Source: Camelus ferus | Taxonomy: Eukaryota | Assembly: GCF_009834535.1 (NCBI RefSeq) | Contig: NC_045711.1 | Coordinates: 48,050,001-48,114,000, forward strand | Reading direction: 5' to 3' | DNA: 64,000 nucleotides | Notes under the pieces: model-generated | Database searches by the model: none | What the model was told of the DNA's origin: nothing | What the model saw: the letters and a program-made list of their open reading frames with translations, nothing else | In this document: in pieces, positions 12,970 through 24,400 of the stretch | Layout of the letters: every line of letters begins with the position of its first letter | Position numbering within the stretch: the first letter of the stretch is position 1 | Position numbers and translations under genes: made by a program

Positions 12970-13844
12970 GTGAGGGGGCAGGGCTGGCACTGGGGCCTGG
13001 CCTGTGTGGGAGGGGTACCCTGGATTTGGTAACCCCTGGATTTGGCAAGGGCTCCTTCCCTCTGGTTACTCAGCAAGGTCAAGGTGCTGAAATCCTAGCA
13101 CCTGCCTAGTCTCCCCAACCCAGCTCCCACCCCGTGTGACTTCAGATTTCCTGACTTCATCAGAGGTATGGGTGAGGTAGGCAGGTATTCCACCATCACC
13201 CCCCTGCCCCGCTTCCTACCTAAAATAGGGCCCCTAAAGCCCACCTCCTCCAGGAAGCTGGTCTCCTCTCCCTCCTCTCTACTCACACCCACCCTTAAAG
13301 GAGGGCACTCGCCTCTCCAGGCTCAAGCTAGTCCGAGTTTATATGGTCTACCCTCTACTCCGAGGGCAGGCTGAGAAGAGGGCCTGGCTCCGGGGGTCTT
13401 GTCCTGCCTGTGTCTCCTTGGGCCTGATTTTCCTGAGCGCCTGCCAGGTGGGGAGCAGTGCACACCACTGCCGCAGGGGAGGAGACAGGATTCCTGTCCC
13501 AGGGAGAACTCTGGGGACACTGGGGGGTAAGCAAAAGGTCTGGAGTTTTTAGACTAGAACGACTGATCCTGCCTGGGGCTCTGAGAGGGCTTCTGGGACA
13601 AGCCTGGCCTGGACTGTTGGTGGCGGGGTAGGTAGGGGTTTAGCAAAGACTCCTTGGGGAACTTAACTAGGTAGCCAGGGTGCCCAGGGCCGGGAAAACG
13701 TCTTGGAGGATACACCTGGGCCTCAGAGGGGGATCTCTCCTGATCCCTCCAGAGTGGGCGTCTGCTGCCTGATCTTGTTGTGACTTCTCTGGGTCCCTGT
13801 CTCCCAGGGGGTCACATGAGGGAGGAGCAGCCCTGGGTCATCTA

Positions 13845-14160
13845 GGGCTTTCCATGTATTCTCTCACTTAATCCTCCCAGCAACCCTGTGAGGAAGGTGC
13901 TGATTTTCCCACTGTATGGATGAGGAAACTGAGGCTCAGGGATGGTAAGGGACTTGCTAAGATCACACAGGTAGCAGCAGAGGTAATCATCATAGTAATA
14001 GCTGACATATGGAGTGCTCAATGCCCTGGCGCCTCCAGTCCTCCCGGCAGCTCTGTGCAGCCCTGGGCAGGATCGGTCTCACTTTACGGAAGAGGAAATA
14101 AATGCTGATGGCTGAGTGCCGGTTTGTCTAACTCTGAGACTTGTGTTCTTTCCAGTTTTC
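13845..14160 (-). mobile_element. Two tandem MIR fragments
   Basis: TTAATCCTCCCAGCAACCCTGTGAGG...GATGAGGAAACTGAGGCTCAGG...GATCACACAG, followed by a second MIR-like stretch. Confidence 0.75.
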
Positions 14161-16564
14161 CACCCAGCTCCCTCAGGAGAACTATCTGTAGCGTAACAAT
14201 AAACACCAGACTTCCTTACGCTGGTGAGAACTTTTGTAGCTTAGCAAGCACTTCAGTTACTTTTTAGTTATTTCGTCTCATTTATCCTTGACCCGATTCC
14301 AGTGGTCAGACGAGGGAACCAAGGTGCTAGAGGCACCCTACTTTGCCTGTTGACACACACCCAGAGTGAGGTTTCAGGATCTGCTGTATTTTTCATTCCT
14401 GAGTACAGTGACCTTGACCTCTCCCATGTGTCCCATGGTGATGGGGAGTGAGCTGGGGAAGCAGCAGCTCCCATCTGCCAGCCCAGACCCCACCCCGCTG
14501 TGGTATGAAAGCCACAGTCACTCGGGGAGCCCGCGTGGGTACCAGACCCCTGCCAACTGAGGAGGACTGGTGGCCTAGCTGGCAGGAAGTTTTGAGACAG
14601 TTCTGGGGCCGGGGCCTGGTCTGCACAGGGAAGATTCTGGCCAGACTCTCACCAGGCCCTGATGCCTCCCTGGCCTCCCCATCCTGTAGGGAGCCCACTG
14701 GGGCCAGAGGTGGAGGGGGCTTCAAGGGGCAGGCAGACCAGAGCATCGTGGGGTAACTGTACTCACCACACAGCTTGAGAGGAGTGTGGGAGTGTGTGCA
14801 TACACTCAGGCAGAGGCAAGGTGGACACACGCACACACACACACACCCCTACTCTCAGGAGAAATTCAAACCCTGCTAATTCCCTCAGCCTTTGTTGTTC
14901 CTACAAAAGCTGGGCTGCAGCTCTTTTGGCCCCTGGAACCTGATCCCTGAGGGGCGGGGTCTGGGTCTGTAGGAGGAAGCACCCCTGCCAGGGTCTGAAG
15001 GCCCCTCCGCCCCACCTGTGCCCCTGGTCCCCCTGGGCCCTGGCCCGCTGCTCACCTCCTGGGTCCTGGGTTCCTGTCTCTCTAGTGTGTGTTGGGGCGG
15101 TGGGGTGGGGGTAGAATCCTGAGAATGGCTGTCACTCTTAAGTAGGTCCTCGGGGGCGGGGTGGTGGGGAGTCAGGCCAGACCTCATTTAATCCTCACAA
15201 CCACCTGATGAAGGAGGGACTCTTGTCCCCATGGTGCAGAAGGGGACACTGGATAGAGAGGCAATGCCCTTTGCCAGAGCCCCATGACAGGAGGCAGAAG
15301 TGAAGCCCTTTGCTCTTAGCTCTTCTGCAGCCTGCTGTGGCTCTCAGCCTGGTGCTTTCACCCACAATATGCACCAGTTACGGAGGTAGGGGTGGGGTTC
15401 AGGTTGTAGAATGCAGAATCTTAGGCCCCACCCAAGGGGCTTGTGGTTGGCAGTTCTGCGCAGGGCCCTGGAATCTGCATTTTGGCTGCCCTGGTGATTC
15501 TGGTGAGAGATTTCAGTCCCCCAGCCATGCTTTGAGAGGCTTGGAGCCAGGCTCTGGGGTAGGGAGGGAACTGCTGGGAGGGGTGTGAGTTAGGGCTCTG
15601 CATTGAGGCCACAGCTCTCATCCTCTGCAGTTGGGCTCCTGGAGGCTGGGGCTGGAGGCTGGGATAGGCAGAGGGTAGAGACTTGGACTCCTGCTCTCTT
15701 TATAAGCCGGGTTCTGTCTCCCCTTTCCCCCCAGCTACATTCTCTGAGTCTGGCCCCTTGCCTCTCAGAGCTTTTTTTCCCTGCCTGGTAAAGTAGGGAC
15801 AGCAAGCCCAGTAGCCTAGAGGTTGAGGGGTACTGGGCCCGATGCTCTGAGGCTTGGAAGGGCTGAGTGGGCCTGGCTGGGGGTGGTGATGTTCTGGTTC
15901 CTGTGGGCCCCAGGGCTGGCTGGCAAGGCCTGTGGCTGGCGAGAAGGGAAGTGGGAGCCTCCTCTGCCTACCCTGCCCCACCCCACCCGGGTGTCAGCTG
16001 GTCTCTTTCCAGGCTCTTTCCTGGGCCTGAACTGGTGTGTCTCTTCTCAGTCTCTGGGAAGTTGCCTGTGCTATTTCAACTTTGTTTGTTTTCCTGTCTC
16101 TAGATTGGTTCCCAAAGTGGTACTTTGGGTGTCTGAGACACCTGGAGCCTTCCCTGTGGGGGCGGTAACCACAAAGCTGACCAGAAATGACCCTCTGGGT
16201 GGTCCTGCCCAGGCCTGCCTGAGGCAGGGTGCCGGTGGCTGGGGCTGAGCCACCCCTGACCCCACCCCTCCCCTGTGGGGCAGCTCTCCCACCCCCAGCC
16301 CTGGGGCTGAGTAGAGGCAGCAGCTTGGGTAGGACTGACCTGGGGGTGTGTGCGGCCCTGGCAGAAGTGCGAGGAAAAGGTCTCTCATTTTTCCCTCATC
16401 ATCATGCCTCCATGGTGCCGTGCATTTGAAATGCCACAGGAGACAGGAGAGTGTAGCAGAGCCCCATACCCTGCCCTGCTTTCGGCAGGGTTCCCACTCT
16501 TATCTTGAATCTTGTGACCAACAAGGCAGGCAGCATACCTTGTCACTCTTACCTGGGCCAGCTG

Positions 16565-16760
16565 AAGGTCAAATCCTGGATCTGCCATCACTAGCTATGT
16601 GACCTTGGGCAAGTTATTTAACCTCTCTGAGCCTTAGTGCCTTCATTTATAAAGTGCGGAGAACCCCTGTCCAAAGGTTTTTGTGAGGATGTTAGTATAT
16701 ATTAGGCATTTAGAACAGTTCCTGACATACAGTCAACACTCGATAAATGTTCACTGTTAC
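16565..16760 (+). mobile_element. MIR
   Basis: CAAATCCTGGATCTGCCATCACTAGCTATGTGACCTTGGGCAAGTTATTTAACCTCTCTGAGCC. Confidence 0.85.
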
Positions 16761-17939
16761 TCTTCTCCCAGAAACAAGAAGAAATGGAACTCGGGTGTAA
16801 TAAAGCTGAGAAATACTAGACCTTTTGATGATTGCTTCCAGAACTGATCTTTTTCATTAGCTCTCCTCCCACTTGTGTGTGCCTAATTTTAAAACTGATT
16901 TCTTTTTTGTTAGAAGGGGGTGGGTAACAGAGTACGTGGGTCCAGTACATAGTAGGCACATAAGAAGTGGAAATTGTTGGTATCATTTTTTTTCAATAAT
17001 TTTTTTTTAAAGTCATGATGTTTCCTATTATGTTGGGTCAGCAAGGCAGTTATTTTCCAAATTATACAGCCTGTTTGCAGATTCTGTGTCTACATTCAGT
17101 TTATTCATCATTCACCCAACAAACACTTACTTGTACCTACTGTTTGCTGGCGTGAGTGATGAACAAGATAGATCCTGGGAGAATAATTAATAAATCTGTG
17201 TAGAAAAGGTAGAGTTTTGTGGGCGGTGGTTGTTCAGGCCTGTGGAGCCTCAGGCATCATCCTGGCCCTGCCTGGGGAGTTTCCAGAATGGGAGGCTCTG
17301 GCAGCTCCCAGGCAACAGTCATCAAGCAGTAGTGCTAAATGCCAACCCTACCTACAAAACAGGTTGAGTAACCTTGGGCAGGTAATGTCCCTCCTCAGAG
17401 AACCCCGTTGGTCCTGGTGATGTAGCCCTAATGGGCTCCAGGCAGAAACCTCCTCACACTCCTGGTTCCCCACCTTTTAACTCTGCAACCCACTCCAGCT
17501 CCAAACAGCCTCTCGGAGAATCTTCACCTTGATTCTCCTTAGTCAGGACCTGCAGGTGCTTAAAAATGGTCACAAACTCCAGAGCTGGGAGGGATTTTAG
17601 AGATCAGCTGGCCAGCCCCTGTCAGGGGACCCAGAGAGGGGGACTGACTTGCCCAGGAACACACAGCAAAGTAGTGCTGAGCCCAGGCCTCCATCCTTTC
17701 TTGGCCCCCACTCCTCCCAGCCCCACCCTCTCTGGGCCGCCTGTGCCAGGAGTGAAATGAATTATCCTTCCCAAGCAGGGAGGGAGAGGCAGTTCCTAAG
17801 CCTGGGAACCAGCTGATGTCATTGTAGTGTCGCCATGGCAATTATTCCCCTGTACTAGGGGCCTGACCCTCGAGAGGCCAGGAAGTGGAGGAAGGAGTGA
17901 GGGACTGGCGTTTGTTCAGCACTTTAATGTTGACGAAGC

Positions 17940-18150
17940 ATTTCCACACTTACCCTTATCAGTATGCATTGAGCCGTGCCATGTGTTTGCTGCTTAGAGC
18001 CACTGTCTGTAATCTGTACCGTTGATAAGAATGGGTGTATCATGATCCGCACTTTTTAGATGTGGAAACTGAGGTCTGAGAGGTTACGTCAGTTGTCCAA
18101 GGTCACTTAGCCGGTGGGAGACTGACCCTGGGTTCATATCAACTCCAGCT
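17940..18150 (-). mobile_element. MIR
   Basis: TTTTAGATGTGGAAACTGAGGTCTGAGAGGTTACGTCAGTTGTCCAAGGTCACTTAGC. Confidence 0.8.
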
Positions 18151-19374
18151 GGCTCTTTGCCCGTGTTTGGTGATAGGAAGCCCCCTCCCCATATTTTAAC
18201 TGATTCCCATGACAACCCTTTTACAGGTGAGGAAACCAAGGCCTCGGGCTTCTGCATCTGGAGCTACATTTTTTTTAACTCTAAGTGCCTTCCCTTCCCT
18301 GATGCCCCCTTCCCAGAGGGTTCTCCCCACCCCCTCACCCCCAACACTAAGAGTTGCTCTGCTGGCCCAGGCCTTCCTGGAAAAGCTGATGCTGGGCAGT
18401 TCTGGGCCCTGGGGGTGGGTCGGTACCTGTACCCTCTGTGTTAACTTTCTGTCTGATAGGAACTAGCACATCCAAATCGTTGTTTTTAGTCTGGATAAGA
18501 AAAAAGGAGGTTCCAGAACTTTTTAGGAACAAGAACCCCATGGATAGGTGAGCTGGGGGTCCAGCTGACAAAAAAGGGCCCCTGGGGGATGTGCAGGGGA
18601 ACCCACAGGTATGCATTGCCTATTGGGTCACAGTGCAGCTCAGCCCTGTGGCCAGATGATTCTACGCCTGGGAGCTGCCTGGAAATTCCCAAGGTCCTGG
18701 GCCTCATGTCCTGGGCTGACCTTCCTCCAGGACAGTGTAGCCCCCGTGGAGGGAATCCAGGCAGCTGTCAGGGCTTGAAACAGCTGGCTACCGAGGTAGA
18801 CAGTGAAAACTCTGAAAGCCAAGAACAGTTCTCTGTCCCATGGGCATTTCCAGCCTCCATACTGTTCTACAGAACCCCCAGGGGAGGACAAGATAGTTTT
18901 CATATTTTAGTTCCTTTACTGCTCAGGAAGTCCTTTCTGCTGTCTGACTTGAGTCCCTCTAGTACTCAGGTTTCCATGGAATTCTCAGAAGAAGCGGGGC
19001 GAGGTGGGGGGTGGGGCAGCAGTAGAGTGGTAGGGGTCTATCCCAGAGCTTGGAAATGCATTCTGAAGTGCTGTCTGTCCCCCACTAATTTCATCCCCTC
19101 CTGTGGTGCTGACCTCAGAAGCCAGCCTGGCAGGCTCCGGGAAGCTGCTGGGGCCTGTCAAAGGCTCATTGATTGAGTCTTCAGAGTGGCTGTCTTACCG
19201 CCCTCCTTTCTGGGCACCAACTTTGTCCCTTGACACAGCCCTCACTCAGCTAGTCACTCAGAAACTCCCCCGGACTCTCGGCGGGTAGGGCCACATCCTG
19301 GCAAGGGTGAGGGCTGGGGCAGTCTTTGGAACTCTGCATAGAACCTTCTTCCTCTAGCCTTCAGGCAGGACGGG

Positions 19375-19590
19375 CCAGTGGTAAAGGGTCAGGAGTCAGG
19401 CAGATGAGGGTTTCATCCTGCTGCCTCTGGACATGTAGCTGTGTGACCTTGGGCCTGGGTCTTTGCCTCTCTGTGGCTCAGTTTCCTTGTCTGTAAAATG
19501 GAGCTAATAGTTAAGACTTAAGTGAGATAGTTCATGTAAAGGACTTGGCACTCAGGATACATTGAATACACATTAATGAATTATTATCAT
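19375..19590 (+). mobile_element. MIR
   Basis: TAGCTGTGTGACCTTGGGC...CTCAGTTTCCTTGTCTGTAAAATGGAG. Confidence 0.8.
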
Positions 19591-19774
19591 TAGTCTAACA
19601 CTTTCTAGCCAAGGCTTCTGCTATGAGTTGGGGGGTGAGGTGGATGTCACTGCAAGAGGATTTCTGGTCAGGATTGTTCTCTTGGCTGGCTGCTGCCTCA
19701 GGTGGCTGCAGCCTGGGGCCCTCTGTGCTCCTTCTGCCTTGACTCCAATCCCTCTCCACCCCTCGGTCCTCCAG

Positions 19775-19882
19775 GTGCGCTACAAGGAAGAGTTTGAGAA
19801 GAACAAGGGCAAAGGCTTCAGCGTGGTGGCAGACACACCCGAACTCCAGAGAATCAAGAAGACCCAGGACCAGATCAGTAAT
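19775..19882 (+). CDS. LASP1: LASP1 coding exon 4 (nebulin repeat 2)
   Basis: ccAG|GTG CGC TAC = [36 protein letters not shown]; donor AAT|GTAAGC; 108 nt, phase 0-0. Confidence 0.98.
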
Positions 19883-21977
19883 GTAAGCGCCCTGCTTCCC
19901 GTGGTACCACCCTGACCCCTGCCCTCCCTTCTCGCCCTCTCCCTGCCCGTCTGGCAGACACGAATGAGGCCAGTTCTCTGCTGCCCCTGCTGTCCTGGGC
20001 GGGCCTGGCTATGGTGGCTCCTGCAGCAGAAGGAAGGGAAGGGTTTGGGATTCCCAGTTACCTTTTCTCTGTGCGCCCCCAGATTCCCCTTTTGATACCC
20101 TCTGCCCACATAGTATTTCTGCCTTGAAAGGACTGTACTTTGGGGGGATGTGCAGTGAGGGGCCTATGTGCTAAATCATCCCTGACTCCCCCAACTCTCT
20201 CTGGAGCTTTTTAATTTTTATTCCTGGCTATGGTGGGTGTTGGGGTCTAGACTGGCTGTTTTGTCTGAGCTCAAAGGTCAGAGCTGGGTGGCAGAGGTGG
20301 GGAGGGGCCGGCCTCCCCCTTGTCTGCCTCTGGGTGCTGACATAGCAGTCATTTCCGCCTCCTCCCCCTCCTCAGCTTGCTCTTCCTTCCTGTGTAAAAA
20401 CCCCAGCCAGTTTTGCCCCGCTGGCTCTGCACCCCCTGGCCTGGCCCTCCTGGGCCTGGAGCGGACAGCTGTGTCTGGCTGTGGTAGGGCTGTGTGTGGT
20501 TAAGTGGGCAGCAGGGCCGCATGGCACCTGTGGCTGGGAAACAGGCCTCAGTTTCCTGTTTGGTGGAACCAAAGACCTGCAGTTTGTATGGCTCTGGGCT
20601 TGTGGGAAGGCTGCCGAGGGGTGTTTGGGCAATGTAGGGGTGGTGCACTATTGTGAGCCACAAGCATAGAGCATGGGCCACAGACCCATGCTGCACAAGG
20701 TCCTACAAAGGAAGGCCTGGGCAAGCTGTCTAGAACAGGAAGGGGCTGGCAAGTTGCCCAGTGGCACTCTAGGCCGAGGAACTGGGGATAGAGGCTGCAG
20801 GGGCCTCGGTTATAGGTGGTCCAGCCAGCAACTACCCCCTGGGCTCCACATCCCTCCCCAGCCCTCCACCGGACCTCCTCGGCGTGCGGCACTCATTCTA
20901 GAAGTTGGCTGGGCCTTGCTTAGGGAGGCTGTCAGAAGCCAGGACCCCAGCCACGCCCAAGACTCTGGCTTTGAAACTTTGACAGCAACCTACAGTCTGA
21001 AATACATTCTGTGACCCACCGAATAGGCATGCTGATTTCTTTAGAGAGAAACAGAATCAAAACTTTCCGGAAAGGGGGCTTACTACTTAAAGGGCATGCG
21101 GATATTGTCTGTTCTATTTTAGTTTGTTGAAGATGCTGGTTGCAGACTTAACTGAATGGGTTTTGCAACTAAGTTGTTGACCTGCAGCTTAAAATTCATG
21201 GCTTGAGGAAACGGAGTGCTTCCCTAGGGCTAGGATGCCTACGAGGGCTGTAATCCTGTCTCAGTTGCTTCTTTATAAACCAGGGCCTGGCCTCATACCA
21301 GAGAGCATCCCTGAGACCTCCAAAGGCTAAAGCAGGAGGTGTGGGTCTCAGCCCTCCACACAGAAAGTGGGAAGAAGGGAAAGCCTTGGGTAACAGGGCA
21401 GGGAGGCTTGGATGGCTCACAAAGCTGGAATCTTGAGTTTTCAGCTTCTGTGGCTTCAGAAAGACTATCTGTCGTGGACACGCGCTCCCTGCCTCCAACT
21501 CAACCCCCCAGCACATTCACTCATTATTTCCAGCCTGTCGATTTTAGAAGAGGAGAGACAGCAAGCCCAGTCATCCCTACCTCCCTTTCTGGAAGGCTTC
21601 CAGAATACTCCACGCCCGGCCTGTTGTACCTGCATGTCTCCCTGCCCCGCTCCCCTCAGCTAGTTATTGGAGGTGTTAATGTCTCAGGAGCCTTGGTAGC
21701 AGAACTCACTCTGGCCAAGATATCCACACCTGAGGCGATAACGATCTTATCAGTAACCACAGGGCTGCAATTAGCTGATTGTCCTCTGCTCTGAGGTGGG
21801 GGAGGTGACTTGAGCCTGACCTGCTTCTGCTTTTGCAGCGTTAGCTGGGACCTGTGAGTTGTGACCGCAGAGCTGGAAGACTCTTGGTTTTAGTGAATGC
21901 AGTTAGAGCCTGTCAACTGTGGGCCTCCAAACAGCTGTATTAGAATCACTCAAAAAGGTTGATTGAAACCGTGGGGT

Positions 21978-22096
21978 GGGGTGGGCATAGCTCAGTGGTA
22001 GAGCGCGTGCTTAGCATGCGCAAGATCCCAGGTTCAACCCCCAGTACCTCCATTAAAAATACATATAATAAATAAAAATTAAAAAAAAAAAGAAAA
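21978..22096 (+). mobile_element. tRNA-Ala-derived SINE
   Basis: GGGCATAGCTCAGTGGTAGAGCGCGTGCTTAGCATGCG...GGTTCAACCCCCAGTACCTCCATTAAAAA plus A-rich tail. Confidence 0.92.
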
Positions 22097-22194
22097 TGTA
22101 GGTTCACAGGCCTCCTCCTTAGGTTGCCTGAATCAGCATCTCTGAGAGTGGTGCCCAGGAAGCAGCACTTTATTTCTAAAGTTGTTTCTGTTGC

Positions 22195-22330
22195 TTTTCT
22201 CTCTGTTTCACTGAGATATAATTGACATGGCACTTGTAAGTTGAAGGTGTCCAGCACAATGCTTTGCCTTACATACGTCATGAAATGATGACCGCAGTAA
22301 GTTAGTGAACCCCTATCATCTCATTTTAAA
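22195..22330 (-). mobile_element. L1 3' end fragment
   Basis: GAGATATAATTGACATGGCACTTGTAAGTTGAAGGTGT...ATGATGACCGCAGTAAGTTAG. Confidence 0.7.
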
Positions 22331-22740
22331 AATTGAAGAAATAAAATTTAAAAATTAATTTAAAAATTACAAAATTAAAGAAATACAAAAGAATTTTTTT
22401 TCCCCCTCAGGAACCACCATTTTAAATACATACCCTGAGTTACCTGAAGTTTGAGAACCATCACCCAAAGTCTAAAAAGGCTTCCTCAAGGATGCCAGGC
22501 CTAGCTGCATCCCAGATCCCCCAGGGAACTTTAAACCCCGCTTGGAGCCACTGTTAACTGGTCCCTCCTCCAGAAGAGTTCTGGGGAAGATGGCGTTAAG
22601 AGCCACGCCTTTTGTTTTGTATCCAAAATAGTGTTCCTGTATTTAACTTTTCCATTTTCACTTTGCAGATTAGCACCAAATGACTTTTAGCTGTTTCCAG
22701 AGGTCAAGTCATTTTGCAAAGAGCTATGCAAATTTGGCAG

Positions 22741-22856
22741 AGAGGGTATAGCTCAGTGGTGGACTGGGTGCTTAGCATGCACGAGGTCCTGGGTCCAGTC
22801 TCCAGTAGGTCCGTTAAACAAACAACCTAACTACCACGCTCCCCCCCCCCCCAAAA
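22741..22856 (+). mobile_element. tRNA-Ala-derived SINE, longer form with C-run tail
   Basis: AGAGGGTATAGCTCAGTGG...CTTAGCATGCACGAGGTCCTGGG...AAACAACCTAACTACC..CCCCCCC AAAA; AAAGAGCTATG occurs on both sides. Confidence 0.88.
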
Positions 22857-24210
22857 GAGCTATGAAGATGCCTCCCTGGAGAATGTGCTGGAGCATTTAC
22901 CAGCCACAGCATTTTCAAAACAAATGTCTGGTCTCCCCAGGTGGTACTTAAAGGTTTTGGATGTGTGCCGTCTGTCGTCAGTCCAGCTGAGAGGTGAGAT
23001 GGTGAGGTGGGAAGAGAAAGTGAGAGTGGGAGTCCCAGCTTCTGTCATAGAATGACTGGGCAGGGCCCCCTGAGCCTCTGTTTCCTCATCTGTAAAAACG
23101 AGGACCCTGGTTCCTACCTTAAAAGGCGATTGTGAGATTGTGAGGAAAATGTCAAGAATAGGGTATGACGTGTTGTCAATTATTATTCATTTAAAGGCAG
23201 ACTTGTCTGCTTGCTACTTTGTAGCTAAGAACTGAATAGTTTGGCTGAAAAGTTGGGCTGCTATCTGCCATTGAGAATGTGTGGAAAATTTGGGGGCAAG
23301 GTGCTAGTAAGTTAGACATCTGTGGTGAGTAATTGTGTCTTTGTGAAAGGCATCTGAAGGGGTGAGAGGCCAGGGCCACGTGCTGTGAGCCTACATTTAT
23401 CCTGACCTTTGGATTGAGGTCTGTTGGCGGTAATGGATGGAAGCCTCTAATTGCTAAGGTCCCTTTATGGGAGCCACTGCCTTCAACTAGGGAAGCTTTC
23501 ATTTACCTACGTATCTACTTATATATTGATTTTTTTTTTTTTTTTGTATACAGTTTTAAGTCTTTTAACTTTTCCATTTTCTGCCAGTAGCCTACAGTAA
23601 ACACCTGTGTGTGTATTCACCATGCAAATCAAGAAACAGCATGACTGCACCCCTGGCAAAGTAGTTTTCAAAGTGTTAAAAAAAAAACATAACTCAATGT
23701 CATGAGCATCTATCCTATAATTAACTTAATTATGAGGAACCAGCTGGAGAATGTGATAGGCAGAGGTGATGCTTAGTCTGTGAAGGAAAGAACTAGATAC
23801 AATTAGCTACAGAACTGCTTAGTGTGCTGCCCTTAGCCTCAGAACTAGTTAATGTCCTACAGGACCATAAAACCATAAACTTTCAAGATACCCTTGCTAC
23901 AGGCAGAAATCCTTTGCATTTCTTTCAGTCAGAAATAATTAGCAGCTTATATTTCTTAAGTTAGCGTCAGTCCTTTAGTCTGGAACTCCTTAGTAGTAAA
24001 TAGTAAAGTCAGAGAAAATTCCACCCCCAGAGTCAGATGGCACGGAGTTGGGCGTGTTAGACAACTCTGTAGTTTAATATTTGAAAGTGTGTGCTATTTC
24101 TTTCTTTATAATTTTAATAATATGTAACTATGCATTTCTGAACACTATAGTTTTTCCTGATTTTGAACATACAGTATCTATTCTTTTGTATCGTGACTCC
24201 TTTGGGAAAC

Positions 24211-24400
24211 TTTTTTTTTTAATTGAAGTATAGTCAGTTACAATGTGTCAATTTCTGGTGTACAGCATAATGTCCCAGCCATGCATATATATACATATAT
24301 TCATTTCCATATTCTTTTTCATTAAAGGTTATTACAAGATGTTGACTATAGTTCTCTGTGCTCTACAGAAGAAAATTTTTTTAAATTTATTTTTACATAT
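24211..24400 (-). mobile_element. Young L1 3' end inserted in an older L1M fragment (about 23550-24790)
   Basis: T-run then AATTGAAGTATAGTCAGTTACAATGTGTCAATTTCTGGTGTACAGC, the antisense of the element at 50855; flanks carry L1M-type motifs (GTGGAATTGCTGGATC, GAGAGTTCCCATTGCTCTACATCC). Confidence 0.8.

Noticed and set aside
21983-22051. Functional tRNA-Ala gene
   Set aside because: Substitutions in the stems, an A-rich retro-tail and multiple dispersed diverged copies indicate a SINE.
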